A model generated the notes under the pieces. The model was not told the DNA's origin. It searched no databases and saw only the letters and a program-made list of their open reading frames with translations. From the NCBI RefSeq assembly GCF_004010195.1, contig NC_057719.1:57392246-57444579 (forward strand): a stretch of 52,334 bases of DNA, written 5' to 3'. Shown here one piece after another: positions 38,674 through 48,538 of the stretch. Source of the stretch: Chiloscyllium plagiosum (taxonomy: Eukaryota). A program made the translations under genes and the position numbers. Within the stretch, counting starts at the first letter, position 1, and each line of letters starts with the position of its first letter.

Positions 38674-40821
38674 TGAATCTGATTGCGATACAAAGAATTC
38701 CAAAGAGTACAGACAGGCAGAATTTTTTCCCTCAGCTAAGCTCCATAACTAGGAAGCAGTTTAAAAATAAGGAGTCTGGAAGTTTAGAGGGGATTGGAGG
38801 GAAAGTAATTTCAGAGGGTTGTGGGTGTCTGGAACTCAGTACCTGAAAGAGTGATAGAGCCAGGAACCCTTATGTCAGTTAAACATTATTTAGATGAACT
38901 CTTGAAATGCCATAGCATATAAGATGATGGGCCAATCATTGGAAAATAGGATTAAAACAGATGAATTGATGACTGGCATAGACCAGATGGGCTGAAGGGA
39001 CTCTTCCATGCTGTAAAATCTCTACGACTATTCAATGCCAATCACTTATTGCATCAATGTTCGCAGTATATTGGTTCCCAATCTAGCTATGCATTGATTT
39101 TTAAAACTCTCATTCTTGTTTTTAAACCCCTTCACAGGCTCCACCATATCATTATAAAGTTCTAAAGCCCCACAATGCTGAATGACATATATGCTTTTCT
39201 AATTCTGGCTTCTTGAGCATTCCTGATTTTAATTGCTCCACTACCAGAGATCAAACCTTCAGTTTCCTTGGCCCCAAACTCTGGAATTGCCCCTCTCTGC
39301 TTAGTTTTGCTCCTTCACAATATTGTTAAAACGTATCCAATAAAGTAAGTGTTCTGAAGGAATTATTGCTAGTTATATTGGGGCAGCACAGTGGCTCAGC
39401 AGTTAGCACTACTGCCTCGTAGCACCAGGGACCTGGGTTCGATTCCAGTCCCAGGCAACTGTCTGTGTGGGTTTCCTCCCACCATTCAAAAATGTGCAGG
39501 TTAGGTAAATTGGCTATGCTAAATTGCCTATAGTGTTCAGGGATGTGTAGGTTAGTTGCATTAGTTAGGGGTAAAAGTAGAACAATAGGGTAGGGGGAAA
39601 TGAGTCTAGGTGGGTTACTGTTTGAAGGATTGGTGTGGACTTGTTGGGAAAGAGGGCCTGTTTCCACACTGCAGGGATTCTAGGAAATTGGCTCTACCTA
39701 TTCTACTGATGTGGGATGTGCCAGTGTTGGACTGGGGTAGACAAAGTTCAAAGTCACACAACATCAGGTTATGGACCAACAGGTTTATTTGGAAGTACAG
39801 GTACCAGCTTTCAGAGTACTACACCTGTTGGACTATAACCTGGTGTGTGATTTTTAACTTTATTCTACTGATGTCAATCTGCAAGTGGAGGCAAAAAATT
39901 CTATTCTAACTTTTGGACAGAGGAGCTGTATCTATTCTAGCTTACTTACTATACTTGCTATCATATAAATAAATGTTTTTTTTCCCCTGTAGGTACTCTA
40001 CACTGATGTTTCCTCTACCACGAGTAACTAGATAGACCCAAAACAAGGCAAAGACAAAAGAGGATTGGTGACAGTGAGCTACCTCAGACAACTCCTATCC
40101 AATTAGACATTCTGGTAGAAGTCACAAAAACCCACAAGGTAACATGGAGTGGTCATTTGCAAAAACACCTCAAAATTTGCACTTTCATCTAGATTTTGAT
40201 ACCATATGGTTGTCACACTTTTATATCACTCCTGCGAAAGGGCTTAGGTTGTTTTATTATTTTGGAGGTGATACATCAACTGTAACTGCTCAAAGCACAA
40301 AATGTATCTCTAATGAAAGCCGGTATCTACCTGAAGCATCAAACAGCGTCCAAAAATGCTGCCTGAGGTCACTTTACCATGTCCTGATATTTCTCTCATT
40401 TAATTGGAGAACGCTAACTCAAAATGACGGCCCAACTGCTCGGGCAGACATTTGCCGTTGACTGAAAATGGATCTGCCTGAAGTTACCTCGGTATCTGGG
40501 CCTGCGGCTCAAAGCACAATCTTCCCCACCCCCCCGAGACCTCAGGCGACGTCCGTTTGAACGGGCGCCTCATTGGGGCGCGGCGTCTTACTCCAGGCCC
40601 AGGCTGCAGCCCAGGCCTGACTTCCCCAAGGCACCGCGGGTGGGGGCGGGGCAAGAACGAGGGCTTTTCGAATCGAAGAGAGCGGGAATGCGGTAACGGA
40701 CCTGCCGGTGGAAGCGGCTGAGCGCGTTGAGCAGGGTGTGTAGGCTCTGGGCCATCTCCTTGTCGGCTGGTCCTGGTCCCGGTCCCGGTTCCACCTCCAC
40801 CTCCTCTTCCTCCGCCGCCAT
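19889..40821 (-). CDS. MBIP: MAP3K12-binding inhibitory protein 1, full 9-exon gene span (joined CDS 1068 nt, 355 aa)
   Basis: Joined exons translate without stops. They contain MBIP-diagnostic segments: VQIKANRDEIERRISAFMERKQAEINENNIREFCNVINCNQENSCARTDAVFTPHPGFKSHIKVSRVVNTYGPQTR and GPVPIDIYQRIKRLEDRILHLEGLSPEYFQ. All 8 introns are GT-AG with matching phases (0,0,0,1,1,1,0,0). Confidence 0.96.
21210..21251 (-). CDS. MBIP: MBIP coding exon 8 (NFPSKRRKVHETIQ; NLS-like KRRK)
   Basis: 42 nt, acceptor ttttgcag|, donor CAG|GTATGT. Matches MBIP SGKRRKV. Confidence 0.93.
21531..22560 (-). mobile_element. Young CR1 3' fragment in MBIP intron 7, with a nested PLE pLTR
   Basis: KCEVLHFGK and LYRTLVRP motifs; tail at 21531. 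Confidence 0.92.
21825..21950 (+). mobile_element. Penelope-like pLTR inserted in CR1, starting at a mutated hammerhead core
   Basis: cCTGAAGAagggcttttgcctTAAAcgtc (GAAA changed to TAAA), then ...gcatctgcagtcctcactttctcc. CR1 sequence resumes on both sides. Confidence 0.85.
22560..23330 (+). mobile_element. Old CR1 fragment containing a 167-bp direct repeat around (GATTA)4
   Basis: Degenerate RT remnants. Repeat units at 22925-23091 and 23111-23277. Confidence 0.75.
23520..24952 (+). mobile_element. Young CR1 3' portion spanning assembly gap 24033-24553
   Basis: KSSGPDQVYP, NYRPVSLTSVVGKLLE and YLDFSKAFDKVPH motifs; tail tctctatgactctatg. Confidence 0.93.
25028..25351 (+). mobile_element. 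HE1-type V-SINE (tRNA-derived head, CR1/HER1-like tail, (AATCT)n)
   Basis: A box TGGCACAGTGG, B box GGTTCAATTCC, V-domain gtgtggagtttgcacgttctcc...ggtttcctcccacagtccaaaga, tail gggccgaagggcctgtttccacactgtaagt(aatct)6. Confidence 0.92.
25559..25670 (-). mobile_element. Penelope-like pLTR fragment truncated inside hammerhead helix II
   Basis: Minus strand reads gcccGAAACGTCgattctcc. Probable TSD gtacgtaggagtt (25546-25558) / gtatgtaggagtt (25682-25694). Confidence 0.8.
25765..25939. mobile_element. Fold-back Penelope-like pLTR insertion with a perfect 90-bp palindrome and 15-bp TSD
   Basis: Palindrome 25848-25937 centred on GAATTC. TSD ggagaaaatgactga at 25750-25764 and 25940-25954. Confidence 0.93.
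25892..25927 (+). ncRNA. Minimal type I hammerhead ribozyme motif (identical copy on the minus strand at 25858-25893)
   Basis: attc-CTGAAGA-A-GGGC-ctgt-GCCC-GAAAC-GTC-gaat: both conserved core boxes, 4-bp helix II, 4-bp helix I (attc/gaat), and palindromic ACGT in place of helix III. Confidence 0.78.
26000..26840 (+). mobile_element. Old CR1 endonuclease/linker fragment
   Basis: FLKCI..NFL.Q, LDL-like, GxSDHN and SPGPHDVYPRL remnants. Confidence 0.7.
27432..27529 (-). CDS. MBIP: MBIP coding exon 7 (DGPVPIDIYQRIKRLEDRILHLEGLSPEYFQHV)
   Basis: 98 nt, acceptor tttgtag|, donor GTG|GTATGT. Conserved leucine-zipper-like segment. Confidence 0.96.
27740..28570 (+). mobile_element. Highly decayed CR1 fragments with a short PLE remnant (about 28245-28300)
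   Basis: Remnants of LIRPQLQYDVQF..., plus aactgcagatgctggaaatcagaaac. Confidence 0.55.
29570..29722 (-). CDS. MBIP: MBIP coding exon 6 (VSRVVNTYGPQTR...VEERLHNMETHLKLPT)
   Basis: 153 nt, acceptor ttttattgcag|, donor CAG|GTGTAG. Confidence 0.95.
33250..33680 (+). mobile_element. Decayed CR1 3' end
   Basis: Degenerate RGDL..FK.MK region and 3'UTR. Confidence 0.5.
34025..34090 (-). CDS. MBIP: MBIP coding exon 5 (ENSCARTDAVFTPHPGFKSHIK)
   Basis: 66 nt, acceptor taacag|, donor AAG|GTATGC. Conserved SCARTDA motif. Confidence 0.96.
34356..34452 (-). CDS. MBIP: MBIP coding exon 4 (IERRISAFMERKQAEINENNIREFCNVINCNQ)
   Basis: 97 nt, acceptor tctctcag|, donor AAG|GTTAGT. Highly conserved MBIP core. 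Confidence 0.96.
34567..34824 (-). CDS. MBIP: MBIP coding exon 3 (YVSDKLKLMTRK...ELVQIKANRDE)
   Basis: 258 nt open frame, acceptor tgttag|, donor GAA|GTAAGA. Ends in the conserved VQIKA motif. Confidence 0.9.
35175..35287. mobile_element. Fold-back PLE pLTR (second family), 40-bp inverted arms, 11-bp TSD
   Basis: Arms 35205-35244 / 35247-35286 with 3 mismatches. TSD cctaaccatgg at 35164-35174 and 35288-35298. Confidence 0.85.
36045..36340 (-). mobile_element. Decayed tRNA-derived SINE with a LINE-type tail (SacSINE/Deu-SINE-like, uncertain)
   Basis: Minus-strand head with B-box-like ggtttgaatcc. Tail gggcaattagagatggctaataaatgc resembles 45595-45650. Confidence 0.5.
36648..36770 (-). CDS. 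MBIP: MBIP coding exon 2 (LNVGDDVLNITIDLRKLQSL...LLQQHILDLQ)
   Basis: 123 nt, acceptor ttaaag|, donor CAG|GTAAGC. Resembles MBIP LDLRDDVVKITID...EQHILYLQ. Confidence 0.93.
37560..39330 (+). mobile_element. Composite of L2-like RT remnants, a LINE 3' end (about 37984-38160) and a CR1 3' end (about 38730-39030)
   Basis: DLxATFDMV, WFxSYL and DDTQLYL L2-type remnants. Confidence 0.55.
38610..38670 (+). repeat. Compound microsatellite: imperfect (AC)n followed by (GA)21
   Basis: Pure GA dinucleotide run at 38629-38670. Confidence 0.98.
39380..39682 (+). mobile_element. HE1-type V-SINE, diverged and internally deleted
   Basis: tRNA-like head with GGTTCGATTCC; tail ggacttgttggg...gggcctgtttccacactg. 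Confidence 0.88.
39713..39860. mobile_element. Fold-back PLE pLTR (second family) with 14-bp TSD
   Basis: Minus pLTR followed by the inverted copy acctgttggactataacctggtg. TSD tattctactgatgt at 39699-39712 and 39861-39874. Confidence 0.85.
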
Positions 40822-40900
40822 GACCGAAGCGAAAGGTGAGCAGCAGCTGCTCATGTTGTGCATTGCACTGCCTTCTCGATCAAAATCTCACCCGCCTTCT
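40480..40900. promoter_or_regulatory. CpG-rich island over MBIP exon 1 / promoter
   Basis: The only strongly GC- and CpG-rich non-repeat segment in the window. GC box GGGGCGGGGC near 40643. Confidence 0.75.
40702..40821 (-). CDS. MBIP: MBIP coding exon 1 (MAAEEEEVEVEPGPGPGPADKEMAQSLHTLLNALSRFHRQ)
   Basis: ATG in good Kozak context (gtcATGG). 120 nt, donor CAG|GTCCGT, GC-rich setting. SLHTL resembles the vertebrate MBIP N-terminus. In-frame upstream ATGs also exist (40863, 40854). Confidence 0.85.
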
Positions 40901-41494
40901 GTGGCCATCTCCCTGGGAATAAACATTTCACATCTATTACTGATGTTAGACGCACTCTCTCCTTGACCAGTCTCTTTTTTAAAAAAATCAGTTCGTTGTT
41001 AGGTATGAAACAATTTTTAAAAAAGGACACAGAAATTAATTTTCGTTGACTGGAGCTGCCTGAGCCGCTGAGTGTTTTCGGCAAATTCTCCTATACATTC
41101 CAGCAATTTCTGTATTGAATGCCCTTCCCCAGTCCAGCCAGTAAAATGTCCCATTCACGCAATTTTAAAGTCAGCCACGTCAGGGAATGCAGTAAAGGGC
41201 AGTTTCGGCTAAGGGCACTCACCTCTGAAGTTCAGCTGTTTTGTGCATATCTGAATTTAGGCTGTAATCCGTGTGGCGCAACTCTGGAGAACGGTGGAGT
41301 ATCGGTGAACGCCACTTGTTTGCATTGTTGACTACATCTTTTCTCACCTTGCTGATGACTGAGAGTGGACTTTGTGGGGTGGCAATGGCCACATTGCATT
41401 TGTCCATCTTTTTGTGGGCAGTTTTCCACAACATTTGGTAGATGTTCTTCCGTACCTGAACTGACACTTGCCCAGGAGCATGACTTTTGTGAAA

Positions 41495-42020
41495 CACAGG
41501 AGCAGGAAGAATATAAAAGTAGAGTTTTGTTAAACCTAGAATGACTGCAGAATTCTGGGGTGCAAAGGGATTCTAGGTGTTTAGTGCATGAGCCATAAAA
41601 GGTTGGTATGCACGTACTGCAGTAATTGAAAAGATTAATGGAATCCTATCCCTTATTACAAGAGGAATTGAACATAAGTAAGGACATTTCCTTTTAGAAA
41701 AGGAAACCAATTGGAAGTGGTTCTCAAAAGATTTGCTAAATTGATACCTGGAATGAATGAATTGTCTTTTGAACAAAGTTTGGACAGACTGAACTTTTTT
41801 CCACTGGAGGTCAGAAGAGTGAGGGAGTCCTATTGAAGAACATAAGATCCTTCATAATCATAACAAGGTGAAAGTGTAAAGTTATGTTTCCTCTTGTGAG
41901 TGGGTCCAGAGATGGGCACTGTTTTAAAAAAAAACGTAGTACCCTTTTTAAGGCAGAGATGAGAAAAATTATTTTTCTCTCATAGGGTTGTGCAAGTTTG
42001 GAGTCCTCTGCCTCAGAAGG
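41495..42020 (+). mobile_element. Decayed CR1 3' fragment
   Basis: QRDxGVLVHE, RGIEHK and LIPGM remnants. Confidence 0.7.
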
Positions 42021-43474
42021 TGGTTGGACTTTATGAAGTATGAGAAAGAACCTCAAACCCAGTGGACTCAGTGCTGCAAATAAAAACCATGGGTTAAATT
42101 CAGACAATGGCTCAGTGTGAGGGATTCAACATTGTCTAAAACTAAGAACTAGATGATGGAAATCTGATTGTCACTGGATCTGAACCATTGACTTTACTTT
42201 CTCTTCACAGATGCAGCCAGAGCTACTGAGGCTGTACAGCAATTTCTATTTTTGTTTCAACATTGTTTGACTGCTATGACATGACATTGGTGCAGAGAAA
42301 TGTCACAACCTGCCTGATGCAACCAAGACATTGATCACCTAATACAAGGAACCTGGGCATTGTTACGATGATGCGTTCCCATTGAGGAAGGAAATGAATA
42401 ATTCAAACCGTTATCCATCAAGATTTAGGCACATAATTGAGGTAGAGTGACAGGATGTAAGGGAACTAAAGTAATCTTCAGACCAATATTATTCACCTGT
42501 GCTAGCTGAAGAAGGGATTACTACTCATGAGATTGCCCCAAAATTCACAACAGATGATGTTCAATTGAGAAATGAAATATACCCAGATACAGTTGAAATC
42601 TGAAGACAGATGGATGCCTGTGAGGAGTACCAGCACAGCCAAAGCAGGACAAGAGAAAGAAGAGCCAGCAAATATATAATCACCATATGACCTACTGACA
42701 CCATGAGGCTTTCCCACCAATCCTAGTGGAGGCATTGTATAGTGCCAGTTTGTCCAAGCAATGTTCAAAATTATATCTGTGCCTGTCAAAACATGTTATT
42801 TTTCATTTTAAGGTCCAAACCTCTTTGGCCACTTCATCTATCTACCTTCTCAAATGAATTAAAGTACCCTTTGACTCTAATCTTGTTGAATTTAGGCACT
42901 AAGCATAGATTCTAAAATCATTTCCCTCATTGGAATCAGAATCATCCTCTGAGCTACTATTTCCTTCTTGCTTTTTTATTCTAAATGTACTTTGGGCCAA
43001 CTCATGTTCTTTAATTTCCCAATCTGTTTGGAACTCAAGTCTTTTCAATTCCATCTCCTGTTATTCTTTTACCTCTTTTGTCATTTAATGTTTTCTGAGC
43101 ACTATCTCCCCGTTTTCTCACTTCTCACTTTTCATTATGCTCCCGTTTCACTTTCCTCAATTTCAAGGTTTTTTTTTCAATTTTGTTTCTCCAGTCCAGT
43201 TTTTTTTTCTTTCTAACCATATCGTAGCTAATCCCAGTTGTGACTTCCTAATTTCAGATTTCCTTTCTTCTGATTCTAAATGTTGTATAATCACTTGAAG
43301 CATCTCACCTTTATGGGACATTGTTTTTAGCTGTACTGTTAATTTATGTGATAACTCTTTGTTTAGATTTTGTCAAAGATTTTAAATATTACAATTTCAA
43401 GCCAACATATAACTAGTGCTTGAACAACTCATTTAAAAACTCAATTTAAAATTTCCCAGACAAGCTTCCCCTAG

Positions 43475-44800
43475 TTATGACCCATCTGAATTTATTACTG
43501 GACAAGTCAGATCTTTGTCTGTAATCTGGCTTGATAGATCCATTTGTTTTCTTTTTGTTTTGACAAGATATTCTCTGATAGGAACATAAGCATGCAATGT
43601 TGCAGATTTGTTTTCAATAATAAAATGTTTTATTTCACACCAGCCATGAAGATAAAATAAAACAAATCCAAACTGTTTACACAACAGAAGTTTAGAGATT
43701 TTGAAACACACAGCAGATACAATCCCACTCTTGTACAAGTCCCGCAAAACATCCCTTATTCAGTACACAACAGCATACCTTGTATAGTGCTCGCATCAGA
43801 GAAGTATCCCTTCAGTAACACCTTGAAAGGTTTAATTTAACCTTAACTTCACCTCCCAGTCTAGAAAATCTGAGCCTTTTGTTGGAGCTTTGTGCAAGGG
43901 TTCAAATCCATCATGGAAGCCTGTGAAGTTTAAATTCAATTGCATAGGACTTAGGAGTGGATCATTTGGTTATTTGCACTTGCTCCACCACTTAAGATCC
44001 TGGTTGATCTGGTTGTAGTCTCAGCTACACTTTGCTGTCTGCACTATGTAATTCTCGACTCTCCTGTCTATCAAAATTTCATCTAACTCATGGCCCAGTT
44101 TCATTGCCTTCTGGGGGAGAAAATTTCTCACACTAATGAGCCTGAGGGAAATATTTCTCCTTATTGCTGTCTTAAAAGGCAGACCTTTTATTCTTAAATA
44201 ATGTCCCCTAGTTTTAGTTACCCTAACAAGAAAATCATTCTTTGAGTATCTTCCTATCACGTTCCCTCTAGATCTCATACATTTGCCTTATTCTATGGTT
44301 GCGTACCTCTGATTAGTGTGTCAAAGCTCTTGATGTAAAATAGACCAGATTTCGTATTGTCAATTTGTATTTGAATAAAGACTACTCATATTCCTGTGAA
44401 CAATGCCGCTGCTATACTGAAGGAGCCTGGAGTTTAATGTGCTAAAATATTAGTAGAAAATAGCTTCTCTTTTTAATTCTTTTCAAAAGCTGAAGTCTGT
44501 TGCTGACGGCAATACTTCTGTTGGTCCTTTTTGAAAGCTTTTGTATGGGTTAAGTAAAACAGGCTAAGTTGGGAATAGACTCTTACCTGACTTAGCATAC
44601 CTAAGCAACATTGCTCATTTATGCACATCAATGTGAAAATTCAGGTGATACAAATCCATTCCAAAGGCTTCTACTGATTCTTCCAAATTCTGACAAAAAG
44701 TTTTCTTACCACAGCGTCATCGGCTATTTGGAAGTATCACCAAAAATTTGCTGACTTGATGACGTTGTTCTTTCACATGTAAGCTTGAAGCTGTTTCCCT
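43475..44800 (-). pseudogene. Possible decayed multi-exon gene of unknown identity (exon-like blocks about 44800-44587, 44426-44307, 43821 onward)
   Basis: Phase-1 compatible GT/AG sites, a TACTAAT branch point, and five in-frame stops that are all TGA. No homology recognised. Confidence 0.3.
43940..44280 (-). mobile_element. Decayed CR1 3' end
   Basis: TKTRGHYLRIKGLPFKT ORF2 C-terminal remnant and 3'UTR. Confidence 0.75.
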
Positions 44801-45004
44801 CATTGAAAGCTGTTACTTCCTGGCCATTCACTTTTGATCTCTGTGTGGGTCTTTCATGTTTAACATATGGTTGAGACAATGGCAAAGTCTCCACTGAAGC
44901 TGCCATCCTTGCAGACTACCTTGTTCAGCTGACAGGGATAAGTACTTGGGTTTTTCTACCTTTATTGTTGGTGTACTCTGATTCTGTGTTTCTCTCTGTC
45001 CAGA

Positions 45005-45313
45005 ATTTGTGGCTCGGCTTCTGAGATTCTATTTTCTGCCTGTCAGAGGCTTCTTTTTGCAGCTTTTCTTTTTCTTCAAAGTCTTCTGAGGTCTTGAACT
45101 GCCTTTGGAGTTTTCTTGCTTATTCAGCTCCACCTTTGATGTCTTCCAGATCCTGTGGCTGATTTGTGGCTCGGCTTCTGAGATTCTATTTTCTGCCTGT
45201 CAGAGGCTTCTTTTTGCAGCTTTTCTTTTTCTTCAAAGTCTTCTGAGGTCTTGAACTGCCTTTGGAGTTTTCTTGCTTATTCAGCTCCACCTTTGATGTC
45301 TTCCAGATCCTGT
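45005..45313 (+). repeat. Exact 152-bp tandem duplication with a 5-bp spacer
   Basis: 45005-45156 equals 45162-45313; spacer ggctg. Confidence 0.95.
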
Positions 45314-46089
45314 TCAGCCTTTCTGGTCTTTTTTTCAGCTCTAACCCTTGGACTCTATTTTAATTTTGAATCCTGACTCTGGAGGGTTTTTTTCCCCCTA
45401 GTTGCCACTCCAGTTTATCTTGCGGTTTTAGCCAATATTGCTATCGGTACATTTGTCAGGAGTATCTCAGGCTGTGGACATCTGCACATGCTCTGTCTCT
45501 GAGGCTGTTTGCTGCCTTTATTTCTAATTAAGCTTCTTCAAATTCTTATATACTATAACACTTCTTTTTAACATCTGTACCTTCTTGAGGACAATGAAAT
45601 GGGCAATAATTGCTGACCAGCCAGCGATGCCCACACCCCATGTATGAATAATGTGAAAAGCATTGTATTTTGTTGGATTATTCACTGTTCATCTAATCAT
45701 TATAAAAAAACATAGGTTCTCAAGCACCATGCTCAAGCATGATGTCTAAGACCTCTATCCATGTTTAGTTTACATTGATGTCTTCTCTCTTACTGCTATC
45801 AATCACTACATCTTGATTTTCATGAATCTCATTATACCATAACCATCCCTGGGTGTGCTATCCATGCCCTATTGCTAGACGTACTGTAACAAGTGGCAGC
45901 GCATGATGTACTGTGGGGAAGAAGGTGCCTTAGGAGTCTTGACTATTGATTCCAGATCTCACGCAGCCTCATGACCTCAAGTGAAATATGGCCAATGAAA
46001 TTTCCTGCTGATTATTACCTGCCCCTGCACCCCCAACCCCCACCGACCCACCTTCACAGCTGAAGAACTGACAAAAGATGACCAAAAGA

Positions 46090-47875
46090 ATAGAGGGAGA
46101 AAATTTAGGGGAAAATTAAAGTAACATAAAGATGGACAGCAAGAGTGTTTTTTTTTAATTGTTGAAAGGAAAAGAGAAGCCAACATGAATACAGACCCCT
46201 ATAGGACGAGGTTGAGAAAATAATATCAGGAAACCAGGAAATGATAGAGGAGTTAAACAAATACTTTGTATCAGTCTTCATGGTAGAAGATACTGATAGC
46301 ATTCCAAAAATTCTAAACCAAGAGCATAAGGTGGAGAGGAAATAATTACAATAACTATCAGTAGAGGAAAAGGTACAAAAGAAACTGATGTTGCCAAACG
46401 CTGATAAGTCCCCTGAACCTGATGGAATGCATCCTAGAATATTAAATGAAGTAGTTACAGCGATAGTGGATTCACTGGTGGCAATGTTCGAAGATTCCTT
46501 AGATTTTGGGAAAGATTGGAAAAGTCAATTCCAAAAGAGAAGGAGATAACAATGACTATAAGCTGGATAGGTAACTATAAGCTAGATAGTTTAAAAGCTG
46601 TTGTTGGTAAATTGATGCAATTATAATAAATGATAACTATTAGAAATCATCAAATAGAAATATAATCAAGCAGAGTGAGCATGCTTAATGAAGGGGAAAT
46701 CATGCCTGACAAATTTATTGGGATTGTTTGAAGAAGTAACAAGCAAGATAGAAGGGGCAATGGTGAATATAATAAATTTGGATTTCCAAAATGCATTTGA
46801 TAATGTACCATAAATTACATTATTTAAGGTACAAGCTTTTGGTATTGGAATAGTATATTAGCATCAATAAAGGATTAGTTAACTAATATTCAGCATTTTA
46901 AGAATAGCAACTTGTAACCAGTAGAGTGCCAGGGTTCACTTTTGGGGCTACAACTGTTTGAAATATATATGTGGTGTGGTGTAACAAATGTCTTGTACAT
47001 GTTCAATATTACCTCCTTCCTCTGTACTCTATGCCTCTAATAATGACTTGAATGGGGGAGGGGAACGTACTATTGCCAACTTTGTAGATGATCCAAAAAT
47101 AGGTGGTAACCATGAGTAAGTCTGCAATGGAATATAACCGAGTTATGAGTGGGTCGTAAATGATAGATGGAATATAATGTGAGAAAATGTGAGGTTATGC
47201 GTTTTGGCAGGAAGGATAGAGGACGTGAATATTATTTAAATTGAGAGACTACATAAAGCTGTGGCACAGAGAGATTTGAGACTCCAAGCATATAAATCAT
47301 CCAACTTCATCAGTTAATAGGGGAGGCACATGGAATGTTGGCCTTTATTTCACAGGGACAATGGAGTATAAAATAGAGAAGTTTTTATTTTAAATAAAGA
47401 AAAAAAAAGGCTTGAGTTAGAACACACTGTATATTATGAACAGTTTTGGATCCCTATTCTGAGAACAGCTAAGGTTTGTGCCTGTACTCAATGTTTAGAG
47501 GAATGAGAGCCATCCTTATTAAAACATAAAGATTCTTTGGACTTGACAGTAGATACAAAGATTATTTCCCCCTGTGGGAAATTTGAGGACCAGAGAACAT
47601 ATTCTTCAGATTAAGCAGTTGCCCAGTTAGGACAGAGTTGAAAACGATTTTCTTTTCTGAGGGTGGTGAGTCTGTGAAATTCTTTACTGTAAGAAGTTTG
47701 GTCATTAAGTATATTCAAGGTGTAGATAGAGAGTCTTTTAATCAGTATGGGAATCGATCGTCACGGAGAAAATACAGGAAAGTGGAGTTGAGGGTTTTCA
47801 GTTTAGCCATGATCTTGTTGAATGGAAAAGCAAGCTTGATGGCCTGAATAGCATATTTCTGCTCCTGCATCTTAG
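46090..47875 (+). mobile_element. Decayed CR1 ORF2 and 3'UTR
   Basis: LNKYFVSVF, DKSPEPDGMHPRIL, GKSCLTNLLGLFEE and LDFQNAFD remnants. Confidence 0.88.
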
Positions 47876-48119
47876 GATTTTCCATATTGAACATCAATTA
47901 GAAGAATAACTGAGCTTCGCAAGGGTACATAATGTATTCTGGGCCAGGACCTTCAATGTAAATAACCAAGATGGAGCTGATCAAATCCTGAGGACATACT
48001 GTAAGTCCAGTCTAGCAGTTAAGTGAGGTAACCAACAGAGTGAGAAACATACTTGACCTGATTCTCATCAATCTGTAACAGGAGTAATCTCCACAATGTC
48101 CTTGTGAAGATGAACCCAT

Positions 48120-48538
48120 TACAAAATTATTATGGTGCAAAAAGAGGCCATGTGGCTACACAGCCTCTTATCTAATCCAGCTCTATCATCTGGTGCCAAT
48201 CTCCTGCCTTTACCCCGTATCTCTGCACAATTGCTATCCAAACAAAAATCCAATGGCTTCTTGAATATCTCACTTGAACCTGCTTCCACTATATTTCCAG
48301 GCAGTGAATTACATACCCTAACAATGCACTGTGAAAACATTTTTCCTCACATCATTTTAATGCTAGGTCCTCTCATTCTTGTTTCTTTTTACAAGCATAA
48401 TCAGCTGCACCATATCAACTCTGTCTAGTCTGCTCATTGTTTGAAAACCTCGATCAGATGTTATCTCAGCCTTATCTCCAGGGAGAACAGTCCCACCTTC
48501 TTCAATCTATCATAGCTGAAGTTTCTCATACCTGGAAC
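48120..48538 (-). mobile_element. Decayed CR1 3' end
   Basis: FSQCIVRVCNSLPGNIVEAGS..FKK.LD C-terminal motif. Confidence 0.8.

Noticed and set aside
40727..41049. Plus-strand ORFs at the CpG island suggesting a head-to-head gene
   Set aside because: They are antisense to or adjoin MBIP exon 1, with no recognisable protein or downstream exons. A cag-free GGTGAG donor-like word near 40835 alone is insufficient.
43475..44800. Selenoprotein reading of the all-TGA stops
   Set aside because: No SECIS element identified and no redox motif context; CpG decay or chance is more parsimonious.
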